Shown one piece after another: positions 1 to 7,795 of a DNA stretch of 64,000 nucleotides. The stretch spans positions 7,536 through 71,535 of the forward strand of contig DAOTYH010000080.1 in assembly GCA_034435015.1 (NCBI GenBank). The letters run 5' to 3'. How positions within the stretch are numbered: the stretch's first letter is position 1; every line of letters begins with the position of its first letter. A model generated the notes under the pieces. The model had not been told where the DNA came from and made no database searches. It was given only the letters and a program-made list of their open reading frames with translations. Both the position numbers and the translations under genes were made by a program. The stretch is from Anaerolineae bacterium (GTDB taxonomy: Bacteria > Chloroflexota > Anaerolineae > Aggregatilineales > UBA3940).

Positions 1-834
1 CTTCAGGCACTCTGCCAGCGGCTCGCCCCCCTCGCGCTTGCCGCCGGGAAACTCCCATAACCCCCCTAGCATTCCCTGTAAGGGGCGTTGTGCAATCAAT
101 ATACGCCCATCTTCGCGCTGGATGACAGCCGCCGTGACGTCGTAATGGGGTGTTCTGGTTCTGGCCGGTTTGACAGGACGCTCTTCTTCTACCCCTAAGC
201 GGTGAGCCTCACACAAACTGGCGACAGGGCAAGCGGAACAGATTGGTGTTCGAGGCGTGCAGACCCGTTGCCCAAGCTCCATCAGCCCCTCATTCCAGAG
301 GGCTGCCTTTCCTGTTGGTATGAGGCTTTCGGCGAGATGCCATAGTTGTCGGCGGGCGGAAGCTGATGTAACGTCTTCAGCTAGGTTGAAGAGGCGCGTA
401 AGCACCCGGATAACATTTCCATCCAGCACGGCGGTGTCCAGTCCAAAGGCAAGGCTGGCAATAGCTCCTGCCGTATAACGTCCTATGCCGGGGAGTTTCA
501 TCAGGTCGTTGGGGTGAGAAGGGAACTCTCCGCCATACAGGCGGACGACAAGGCGGGCAGTACGATGGAGGTTGCGGGCACGGCTGTAGTAGCCCAGCCC
601 CTCCCACGCTTTCAGCACTTCGTCCAGAGGGGCCTCAGCCAGTGCCTCGACGGTAGGGAAGCGGCTTAAGAATCGCTCGTAGTAGGGTACAACGGTGCTG
701 ACCTGTGTCTGCTGGAGCATAATCTCGGCCAGCCAGACATGGTACGGTGAGCGGTAACGCCGCCATGGGAGGTCCTCTTTGTTGGCCTTAAACCATGCGA
801 TCAACTGGTTGTGGAGGGAAGGAATATCAGGCAT
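1..834 (-). CDS. mutY: A/G-specific adenine glycosylase MutY with C-terminal Nudix-like domain (3' end runs off the window)
   Basis: Manual translation from the ATG at 834 (not in the ORF track): MPDIPSLHNQLIAW...LPWR...EIMLQQTQV...GLGYYSRARNLH; Fe-S motif CTPRTPICSACPVASLC; then GLWEFPGGK. The frame is open to position 1. Confidence 0.95.
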   Translation of the reverse strand, partial: MPDIPSLHNQLIAWFKANKEDLPWRRYRSPYHVWLAEIMLQQTQVSTVVPYYERFLSRFPTVEALAEAPLDEVLKAWEGLGYYSRARNLHRTARLVVRLYGGEFPSHPNDLMKLPGIGRYTAGAIASLAFGLDTAVLDGNVIRVLTRLFNLAEDVTSASARRQLWHLAESLIPTGKAALWNEGLMELGQRVCTPRTPICSACPVASLCEAHRLGVEEERPVKPARTRTPHYDVTAAVIQREDGRILIAQRPLQGMLGGLWEFPGGKREGGEPLAECLK

Positions 835-849
835 ATACTGATCATAGCA
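835..849 (-). promoter_or_regulatory. Extended -10 promoter (TGC-TATGAT) 6 nt upstream of the mutY ATG; leaderless geometry
   Basis: The minus strand reads TGCTATGAT-cagtat-ATG, with no Shine-Dalgarno sequence. Confidence 0.55.
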
Positions 850-927
850 TTAGCGGATACAGGAACCAATTAGGCGTCCAGCGCGTATTGATTGCTGTAG
901 CCATCCAATACATGGAGAGATCAACCC

Positions 928-1482
928 ATGGAGCAACCCGTCCAGCATCACTGTCTGCCGAGGTCAGCGCGTCCATGCCCTCAATGCGGGGAGATGATCC
1001 CTCCCCCCATGTTCTGTGAGACCTGCGGTACGGACATCTCCCCCGTGCATGTCTGTGCACCCCGGCCTCTGCCCCATATCTGTCCGCCTGCTCCACCGCC
1101 GGGGCGATGTCTGGCCTGCGGTGAGCCTCTGCCTGCCCGGCGTTTTTGCACCACATGCGGGGCGGAGATTACCCCTTCACACCGGTGTAAAGCTGTGTTG
1201 TCAATTACAGTGCCTCGCCCTGATCCACTCCATATCTGCCCGGTGTTGGAAATCCAACGTTGCCAGCAGTGTGGGCAGATCATGCCAGCCCTGCGCTTCT
1301 GTGAGCAGTGTGGTATGGATATTACTCCGCCGCACATCTGCCGGCCTCCCCAGCAAGCGCATACCTGTCCGCCATACCTCACTATTCCTCGCCGCTGTCC
1401 GCACTGTGGGGAACTACTGCCAAAGCCCCAGCACTGCACTCGGTGTGGAGCAGATATTACTCCCGCTCATATATGCAGGTAA
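928..1482 (+). CDS. Cys/His/Pro-rich protein of four tandem HxC-CxxC-CxxC-HxC repeats (putative multi-zinc-ribbon protein)
   Basis: 184 aa with 24 Cys arranged in four equivalent units; RBS GGAGAG at 914-919. Confidence 0.8.
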   Translation: MEQPVQHHCLPRSARPCPQCGEMIPPPMFCETCGTDISPVHVCAPRPLPHICPPAPPPGRCLACGEPLPARRFCTTCGAEITPSHRCKAVLSITVPRPDPLHICPVLEIQRCQQCGQIMPALRFCEQCGMDITPPHICRPPQQAHTCPPYLTIPRRCPHCGELLPKPQHCTRCGADITPAHICR

Positions 1483-1623
1483 GATCGCCTGCTTCCTTGC
1501 AAATGCCGGTGAAGCACATTATAGTACCCCCCGTCGCCAGGACCACAACGTAAGAGTGGAAGGTCGCTATACTTGTTGTTGCTGATACCTGCCGCAACGG
1601 GCAGATGAAAGGCTTACCAGCGT

Positions 1624-3213
1624 ATGTCTCCCCAACCCCATAGATGGTTGCTGTATCTCTCGGCCTTCACAGCCGGCATGACCACAATGGCTGTCGAGTT
1701 TGCCGCCTCGCGGTTGCTGGGCAACATCTATGGAACGTCCAATATCGTATGGGGCTGTATCATTGCTATGGTGCTGGCCTACCTGACGCTCGGATATTTT
1801 ATCGGAGGGCGTTGGGCTGATCGTTCTCCGCATATACCGACCTTCTATCAGCTATTGGCCTGGGCGGCGATGACCTCTGCTCTGATCCCTTTTATTGCTC
1901 GTCCGGCTCTTTGGGGGGCGGCTCAGGCCATAGCCCGCCTAGATGTTGCGGGCATAGCGCTATGGGTCCCCCTGACAATGGTGGTATTCATTGTGCCTGT
2001 CGTGCTGTTGGGGTGTGTCTCACCGTTTGTAGTACGCCTGGCCATAGATGATCCTGCCCATAGCGGCATGGTTGTCGGACGGGTTTATGCTGTTTCAACG
2101 GTAGGCAGTTTAGCAGGGACGTTTGGGGCTGTGCTGTTGACGATCCCTGCTGTCGGCACATTCCGTACCTTCCTCATCTTTGCCGGGGCGCTGATGGGAC
2201 TAGCGCTGGCGGGGTTGTTTTTGGCCTCCAGACGGCGGGCGGCCTTCAGTCTCTGGATGCCTGTTGCGCTGGTTATTCTGGCTGTGCTTGGCCGGGGAGG
2301 GACGCTCAAACCGCCGCCTGACGGCCTGGTACTGCTGTACGAAACCGAGACGCCCTACAATCTGGTGCAGGTGGTTGAGACACGTCATGGGGACCGCCTG
2401 ATGTTACTGAACGAGGGTATCGGGGTACATTCTGTTTATAACCCGGACAGGCCGGTGGCCTATACCGGCGGGGTATGGGATTATTTCCTGTGCGGCCCCT
2501 ACTTCAATCAGCCGCCTTACACTCCCGACAGAATCGAGCGGATTGCCATCATCGGGCTGGCTGGAGGAACAGTCGCCCAGCAGTACACGGGTGTCTACGG
2601 GCCGATCCCGATTGACGGGATTGAGATCGATCCGGGGCTGATTGAGGCAGGGCGTGAATACTTTGGTATGACCATGCCCAACCTGAACGTCATTGTTGAG
2701 GATGGCCGGGCGGGATTGTATCAGCTTGGGGGCGGCTACACGATGATCGGTATAGATGCCTACCGTGTGCCTTATATCCCTTGGCATCTGACAACAGTTG
2801 AGTTCTTCCGCGAGGTTCAATCCCATCTGGCTGAAGACGGCGTAGTCACCCTGAACGTAGGACGCACGCCTATCAACCGTGATCTAGTCGAAGCTGTGAC
2901 GGCTACCTTGTTACAGGTCTTCCCTTCCGTACATATCGTTGATCCGCCCAACACGTTCAACTCTTTTGTCATTGCCACTAATCAGCCGACCTCAGCGGAG
3001 AACCTGCTGGCTAATATCCATGCCCTGCCAGCCGACGCGCATCCTCTGTTGCGTGCCAGCCTTGAACTGGCCTATACCAATCTCCAGCCGACTCTCTCTT
3101 CAGGCGTAGTGCTGACAGATGACCATGCTCCGGTTGAGGGGATCGTCAACGCGCTGGTGCTGGAATATATCTTGGCCGGCCAGGCCGGCCAGATACAAAT
3201 GTTGGGGCAATAG
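1624..3213 (+). CDS. Fused membrane (MFS-like) domain / spermidine synthase-like SAM-fold protein
   Basis: About 7 N-terminal TM helices, then GLAGGT, IEIDP, EDGR, IGIDAY and the C-terminal LTDDHAPVE typical of fused spermidine synthases. Confidence 0.8.
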   Translation: MSPQPHRWLLYLSAFTAGMTTMAVEFAASRLLGNIYGTSNIVWGCIIAMVLAYLTLGYFIGGRWADRSPHIPTFYQLLAWAAMTSALIPFIARPALWGAAQAIARLDVAGIALWVPLTMVVFIVPVVLLGCVSPFVVRLAIDDPAHSGMVVGRVYAVSTVGSLAGTFGAVLLTIPAVGTFRTFLIFAGALMGLALAGLFLASRRRAAFSLWMPVALVILAVLGRGGTLKPPPDGLVLLYETETPYNLVQVVETRHGDRLMLLNEGIGVHSVYNPDRPVAYTGGVWDYFLCGPYFNQPPYTPDRIERIAIIGLAGGTVAQQYTGVYGPIPIDGIEIDPGLIEAGREYFGMTMPNLNVIVEDGRAGLYQLGGGYTMIGIDAYRVPYIPWHLTTVEFFREVQSHLAEDGVVTLNVGRTPINRDLVEAVTATLLQVFPSVHIVDPPNTFNSFVIATNQPTSAENLLANIHALPADAHPLLRASLELAYTNLQPTLSSGVVLTDDHAPVEGIVNALVLEYILAGQAGQIQMLGQ

Positions 3214-3281
3214 GAAGTTAGAAGGATACAATGTATGGCAGACTGTCTCCTGTATCTGAGTGGTAAGTGAGGGAGCTGAAT

Positions 3282-4061
3282 ATGCCGCCAAGCGGAATAC
3301 GCCGCCGCGTCGCCCAGGTCCTATGGTGGGTTAGCCTGCTTATACTTGCCAGCGGCTTAGCGCTCCCCCCTTTGGGCATACCAGCGCCTTTGGGACTGCT
3401 AATCGGTACCGGCATGGTCACGCTGGGATTGAGTGCGCTGTTGGCTGGTGAGATCGTCGCAGGGCCGGAGCCACGCTCGTATACCGTGCGCGGACAAGTT
3501 GTTCGGGGGCGGCTGGATGGCCGCGTGGGGATGTGTGATCTGGAGGTGTCTGCCTGTCCAAATGATCGGGTGGCCTCCTTACGTTTTGGGCCGTTTGGCA
3601 AGCCGGGTTTTGAGATTGTGGAGGGAGTCGCCTATCTTAGGTTGCGGAACGGCCTGTTCCGTCCTAACCTGACGCGCTGGCAGTCTGATTTGGCAGGCAA
3701 TGTGTTATGGGATATTGATGTCCGTAGCTCGTTAGGCGAGGTGGCGCTTGACTTGAGCAACCTGCGCTTGGAGCGTGTGAATGCATCTACCGCTCTGGGA
3801 CGTTTAAGTGTGAGATGCCCCCGGCGCGGATATGTGCAGATGCGCCTTCGTAGCTTGCTGGGAACGATAGAATTGATCATCCCTCCTCAAGTTGGCGCGA
3901 GAGTCACTCTCAGACGTGGTCAGCTTGCCCATGTGACTCTCAATAATGAGCGGTTGCTGGCAATCGGTGGCGGGCGCTACAGCACCCCTGACTTTGATAC
4001 TGCTCCCGCTCAGGTAGAGATTCGGATTGAGAGCAGTGCCGGTGACATCTTCTTGAATTAA
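3282..4061 (+). CDS. Membrane-anchored protein with a LiaF/DUF2154-like (toast-rack) beta-repeat C-terminal domain
   Basis: Two N-terminal TM segments followed by repeated G-x-V/I-x-L/I beta strands (LGEVALDL, LGRLSVR, LGTIELII). ATG at 3282 follows GAGGGAG. Confidence 0.55.
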   Translation: MPPSGIRRRVAQVLWWVSLLILASGLALPPLGIPAPLGLLIGTGMVTLGLSALLAGEIVAGPEPRSYTVRGQVVRGRLDGRVGMCDLEVSACPNDRVASLRFGPFGKPGFEIVEGVAYLRLRNGLFRPNLTRWQSDLAGNVLWDIDVRSSLGEVALDLSNLRLERVNASTALGRLSVRCPRRGYVQMRLRSLLGTIELIIPPQVGARVTLRRGQLAHVTLNNERLLAIGGGRYSTPDFDTAPAQVEIRIESSAGDIFLN

Positions 4062-4114
4062 CAAACTATTCTCTATTCTGTCTGTCTCTTCAAGACAGGA
4101 GCTGGAAATTTCTT

Positions 4115-4945
4115 ATGTACATGCTTCCACACTTTCCGGGGCGTGGCCGGATTGGTAAGTGGCTGCGAGAACGCGGCTTAAACTGGACAAGCCTATACCT
4201 TTTGCGTGGGATGTTGCTAAGACTGCTTCGTCATGTTGACCGCCAAGCCATCGAGATTGAACGCCGTAAATACTGGACAGGCCCAGAAACCATCTCCTCA
4301 CTCTACCATCGGCTTGAGGAAAACCGCGTCCTATGGGATCAACATGACTGGACTCAGGCCGGCGAGGAGTGGACACAACAGGTACGCGAATTCCGCAACA
4401 TGGACCCTGACGAGTGGAAAGCGGCATTGATCAACAACATGCTGATCCCTTGGATACCTGAAGGGAAAACAGTGTTGGAGATTGGCCCGGGTGCAGGGCG
4501 TTGGTCGGAGATTCTGTGCGAACGTGCCGCGCGGCTGTTTCTAGCAGATATTTCGGCTGCCTGCTTGGAACTGTGTCGGAGTCGCTTTTCAGGCAAACCT
4601 CACGTGGAGTATTGGCTGATTGGCGAGGATGGACTGAGCTTTATTGCGGACGACAGCATTGATGCAATCTGGTCGTATGACGTTTTTGTGCATATCAACC
4701 CGACCGATATTGCTAACTATGTCAATGACTTCCGTCGTATTCTCAAACCGGGCGGAGTGGCTGTTATTCATCATGCCGGGGGAGTATATCCGGAGGCCCT
4801 CAGGACACGCGGGTGGCGGTCAGCTATGACCCGTGAGTTCTTTGCCCATCTGGTTCAGAAGGCGGGGTTATCTCTAGTGCTTCAGGATGAAGAGCTGGTT
4901 CACATGCCGGGCGATGTGATCTCAGTCTTTAAGAAGCCTGCTTAA
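4115..4945 (+). CDS. Class I SAM-dependent methyltransferase
   Basis: VLEIGPGAGRW motif I, LADIS, DAIWSYDVFVH, RILKPGG. Confidence 0.85.
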   Translation: MYMLPHFPGRGRIGKWLRERGLNWTSLYLLRGMLLRLLRHVDRQAIEIERRKYWTGPETISSLYHRLEENRVLWDQHDWTQAGEEWTQQVREFRNMDPDEWKAALINNMLIPWIPEGKTVLEIGPGAGRWSEILCERAARLFLADISAACLELCRSRFSGKPHVEYWLIGEDGLSFIADDSIDAIWSYDVFVHINPTDIANYVNDFRRILKPGGVAVIHHAGGVYPEALRTRGWRSAMTREFFAHLVQKAGLSLVLQDEELVHMPGDVISVFKKPA

Positions 4946-4946
4946 T

Positions 4947-4980
4947 CACGTAGAGGGATGCATCAACATCCCTCTACGTG
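4947..4980. repeat. Perfect 14-bp inverted repeat between convergent genes (bidirectional terminator or REP-like element)
   Basis: CACGTAGAGGGATG-catcaa-CATCCCTCTACGTG. Confidence 0.8.
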
Positions 4981-4997
4981 TTCAATGTTGAGCGGCA

Positions 4998-5297
4998 TCA
5001 GGCGTCGGCCAGCGGAGCTGGTGTCGCACGAGGCCGGCGCCCTGTGCCGGGCTGAATCGGTATCTCCGCCAACAGCATACTCTCGCGGTTGTTGCTGGTC
5101 AGGTTGATCTCGACCTTATCACGGTCGAAGTCAACATACTTGGCTATGACCTCCAAGATTTCATCTTTCATAGCCGCTACCTGCTCAGGCGTCAAGTTAC
5201 TGCGGTCGTGGACAAGCACCAGTTGCAGGCGTTCTTTGGCAATTTGACTGCTGGTTGGCTTACCCCCTCCCAGCAAAGTTTTTAAGAGACTGCTCAT
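4998..5297 (-). CDS. minE: Cell division topological specificity factor MinE
   Basis: SSQIAKERLQLVLVHDR signature; downstream of minC and minD. Confidence 0.93.
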   Translation of the reverse strand: MSSLLKTLLGGGKPTSSQIAKERLQLVLVHDRSNLTPEQVAAMKDEILEVIAKYVDFDRDKVEINLTSNNRESMLLAEIPIQPGTGRRPRATPAPLADA

Positions 5298-5337
5298 GGT
5301 CGTCTCCTTCCCCTGCTCGCTTTCGTCACCAACCGCA

Positions 5338-6447
5338 TCAGGACTTGGCCTTAGCCTCAGAGCCGCTGGCTACTTGCTCCTTGTCATCCGGCTTGTCTGC
5401 TTTTTTGGCCTCTTCAGATGGCTGGGGTTTGCTGGATGCTTCGGCCTGCTTCTCTTCTGCCTTCCCGGCTTCAGCTTTGACAGCCTTTTCCGGCTTCTCT
5501 GTCAGCTTCTCCTCTTTATCCTTCTTCTCCTCAGCCTTGTCTTGTTGGGAAGGTTTAACGGCAGTTACGCTTTCAGATGGTTTGGGCTTTTCAGGCTTAG
5601 GCTGTTTCTTGCTGGACTTGCTGTCGTTCCGATCACCTTCGCCAGCACCCAGCCCCAGAGCACGCAAAAACCGCTGGAAAAAGCCTGCCTCCTCATCGAA
5701 TGACATAAATGGCACGTCTTCACCCAGAATGCGGCGGGCAATGTTCTGAAACGCCTTGCCGGCACGCGACTCGCCCGGATTGAGGGCGGCGGGTATTCCG
5801 CGATTGGTTGAGGTAAGGATTGTTTCATCCTCCGGGACGAGGCCGATCAGCTTAATCGCCAGAATGTCAATCACATCCTCCGGGCTGAGCATGTCGCCCC
5901 GCTTGACCATCTCCGGCTTCACGCGGTTGATGATCAGCTTGCCCGGCCCTTTCTGCTCTGCCTCAATCAGGCCGATGATCCGATCAGCGTCGCGTACAGA
6001 GGAAACCTCCGGGTTGGTCACAATGATCACCTCGTCGGCAGGGGCAAGAGCATTGCGGAAGCCGCGCTCGATGCCAGCCGGCGAGTCGATCAAAATGAAG
6101 TCCACGAGAGGCTTAAGTTCCTCGCACACACGGACCATATCACTGGGGCTGACGGCTGTCTTATCACGCGTCTGCGCCGCTGGGATCAGGTACAGGTCTT
6201 CCTGAAGCCGCTTGTCCTTGATCATAGCCTGTCGCAGCTTGGCGCGCCCTTCTACCACATCCACAATGTCATAGACGATGCGGTTCTCTAAGCCCATCAC
6301 CACGTCGAGATTGCGCAGACCAATATCTGCGTCAATGCAGGCGACCTTCTTGCCCAGCATGGCAAGTGCCACCCCCAGATTGGCTGTAGCCGTTGTCTTG
6401 CCGACACCACCTTTACCAGATGTAATCGTGATTACACGTGCCGTCAT
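5338..6447 (-). CDS. minD: Septum site-determining ATPase MinD with a long charged C-terminal extension
   Basis: ITSGKGGVGKTT deviant Walker A, DADIGLRNLD, DSPAGIE, and the amphipathic helix FFQRFLRALGL. Start placed at MTARV (6447). Confidence 0.95.
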   Translation of the reverse strand: MTARVITITSGKGGVGKTTATANLGVALAMLGKKVACIDADIGLRNLDVVMGLENRIVYDIVDVVEGRAKLRQAMIKDKRLQEDLYLIPAAQTRDKTAVSPSDMVRVCEELKPLVDFILIDSPAGIERGFRNALAPADEVIIVTNPEVSSVRDADRIIGLIEAEQKGPGKLIINRVKPEMVKRGDMLSPEDVIDILAIKLIGLVPEDETILTSTNRGIPAALNPGESRAGKAFQNIARRILGEDVPFMSFDEEAGFFQRFLRALGLGAGEGDRNDSKSSKKQPKPEKPKPSESVTAVKPSQQDKAEEKKDKEEKLTEKPEKAVKAEAGKAEEKQAEASSKPQPSEEAKKADKPDDKEQVASGSEAKAKS

Positions 6448-6505
6448 GATATTCCTTCCCACAAGGCGCATGGATTTCTGTGCGCCTTTATTAGCTCATC
6501 GTGTC

Positions 6506-7213
6506 TTAGGCTCCCCATTCTTCAGCGACGATCTGCCCGCCGCGCACTGAGGCGATCTCCGGGCGGGGGCGAGGCCGCCCCTCGTCCTGTGCAATCGCTA
6601 CATGGTTGGCAATGCGGAGTTGCATCGGGCGCATGTCTAATGCGCAGACTACCGCGTTCTCATCCCCTGTCGCCCCTGCATGGACAGTCCCCCGTAAACG
6701 CCCCCACACCAGCACGTCCCCTCCAGCGATGATCTGGGCACCAGGGTTTACATCTCCAATGACAACGACATGCCCAATATGCCGTACAATACGGCCTGAT
6801 CGCAGTGTGTGGCGGATTAAGACCCCAGCGGTGCCAGACTCGTTGGAGTCTAGAGGGGGAAGCTCGTCTTCGCCTGTGGAGGGTGCAGGGGATTCGGGTA
6901 CCTCAGTCTCCAACCCTTCGCGCCGCGCAGAACGGATGGTCTCAGCCGACTTGCCTAGAATAGCCTGTAACCTCACATCATGAGCGGCTAGTCTGTCGCG
7001 CAACTTGCGGATGTCATCGCGGTTCAATGCTCGGTCTCCTACCTGCAACGCAACACGTGCCCCTCGGAAGAACTCCTGCCTCGCCTGAATCGTGTGCAAC
7101 AGGGCTGTCTCAACTTCATCCCACTGGCCTTCGCCGAGGGTTACAAGCAGCCCATCCTTCATGCCCTTGATCGAGAAAGAAGACTCGTTGCCCAGACGTT
7201 CTTCTCCTGCCAT
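6506..7213 (-). CDS. minC: Septum site-determining protein MinC
   Basis: IKGMKDGLLV N-terminus; TLRSG...GDVNPGAQIIAGGDVLVWGRLRGTVHAG beta-helix. Confidence 0.95.
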   Translation of the reverse strand: MAGEERLGNESSFSIKGMKDGLLVTLGEGQWDEVETALLHTIQARQEFFRGARVALQVGDRALNRDDIRKLRDRLAAHDVRLQAILGKSAETIRSARREGLETEVPESPAPSTGEDELPPLDSNESGTAGVLIRHTLRSGRIVRHIGHVVVIGDVNPGAQIIAGGDVLVWGRLRGTVHAGATGDENAVVCALDMRPMQLRIANHVAIAQDEGRPRPRPEIASVRGGQIVAEEWGA

Positions 7214-7424
7214 ATGCGAGGGATTTTAGTATAGCGGAAGAGTTGGTGCAACCATCATGGATGGGACTGCGGTTTTTATCTTGTTGGAAGTACCTTGCCG
7301 GCTCTGCCTTTCCGGCTGACTTCTGCCTTCGCCCTTCTTATGCGAGAGATTGACTGCCGCCCTAACCCATGCATGGCTTGGACGATGCCTCCCGTGTAAC
7401 CCTGCCGCATCTGCACATTCATGG

Positions 7425-7631
7425 CTAAAGCAGGGTGGCCTTCTTGCCCGGACGTGGGTCATAGTGGCTGGCGAACTGTTCAAGCTGATTGCGCTCGATC
7501 AGCCAGGTGTTGGCAAACTTCCGCGCCAGTAACTTCCCGCTACGAATCAGCCGCCGCACGGACTCCGGGTGAATGTTGAGGCGCTTGGCCGCTTCAGTAA
7601 CAGTGACATAGTTTTCAAAGTTTTCAGTCAC
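7425..7631 (-). CDS. Small excisionase/MerR-like helix-turn-helix DNA-binding protein
   Basis: VTVTEAAKRLNIHPESVRRLIRSGKL...WLIER pattern in 68 aa; GTG start with an upstream promoter. Confidence 0.8.
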   Translation of the reverse strand: MTENFENYVTVTEAAKRLNIHPESVRRLIRSGKLLARKFANTWLIERNQLEQFASHYDPRPGKKATLL

Positions 7632-7683
7632 AAGCTGTCCCTAGGGGGTGGTAATAGAATTGTTGTAGGATGCAACACCCAGA

Positions 7684-7712
7684 AGTATAGGGGATAGTGA
7701 GGACAAGGTCAA
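7684..7712 (-). promoter_or_regulatory. Sigma70-type promoter for the HTH gene
   Basis: TTGACC (7712-7707), 17 nt, TATACT (7689-7684). Confidence 0.7.
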
Positions 7713-7760
7713 GTCTAAAAATCGGCTTCTTTGTCATAGGCCGGGCAGTAGCTGTGCAGT

Positions 7761-7789
7761 TTGACAGCTAGAACTAATGTTCGTATACT
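7761..7789 (+). promoter_or_regulatory. Sigma70 promoter with a LexA (Cheo-type) SOS box in its spacer
   Basis: TTGACA (7761-7766), 17 nt, TATACT (7784-7789); GAAC-TAAT-GTTC at 7771-7782; ATG 6 nt after the -10. Confidence 0.85.
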
Positions 7790-7795
7790 TAAAGT

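Noticed and set aside
928-1482. Multiheme cytochrome interpretation of the CxxC repeats
   Set aside because: No CxxCH motif (all are CxxCG) and no signal peptide.
5296-5703. Hydrophobic 135-aa plus-strand ORF that looks like a membrane protein
   Set aside because: It is the antisense shadow of the AAG/GAG-rich MinD tail and has no RBS. The same applies to 18713-18913, opposite the DKEK repeat.
7425-7631. Prophage or ICE suggested by the excisionase-like gene
   Set aside because: No integrase, att repeats or phage genes; the flanks are housekeeping genes.
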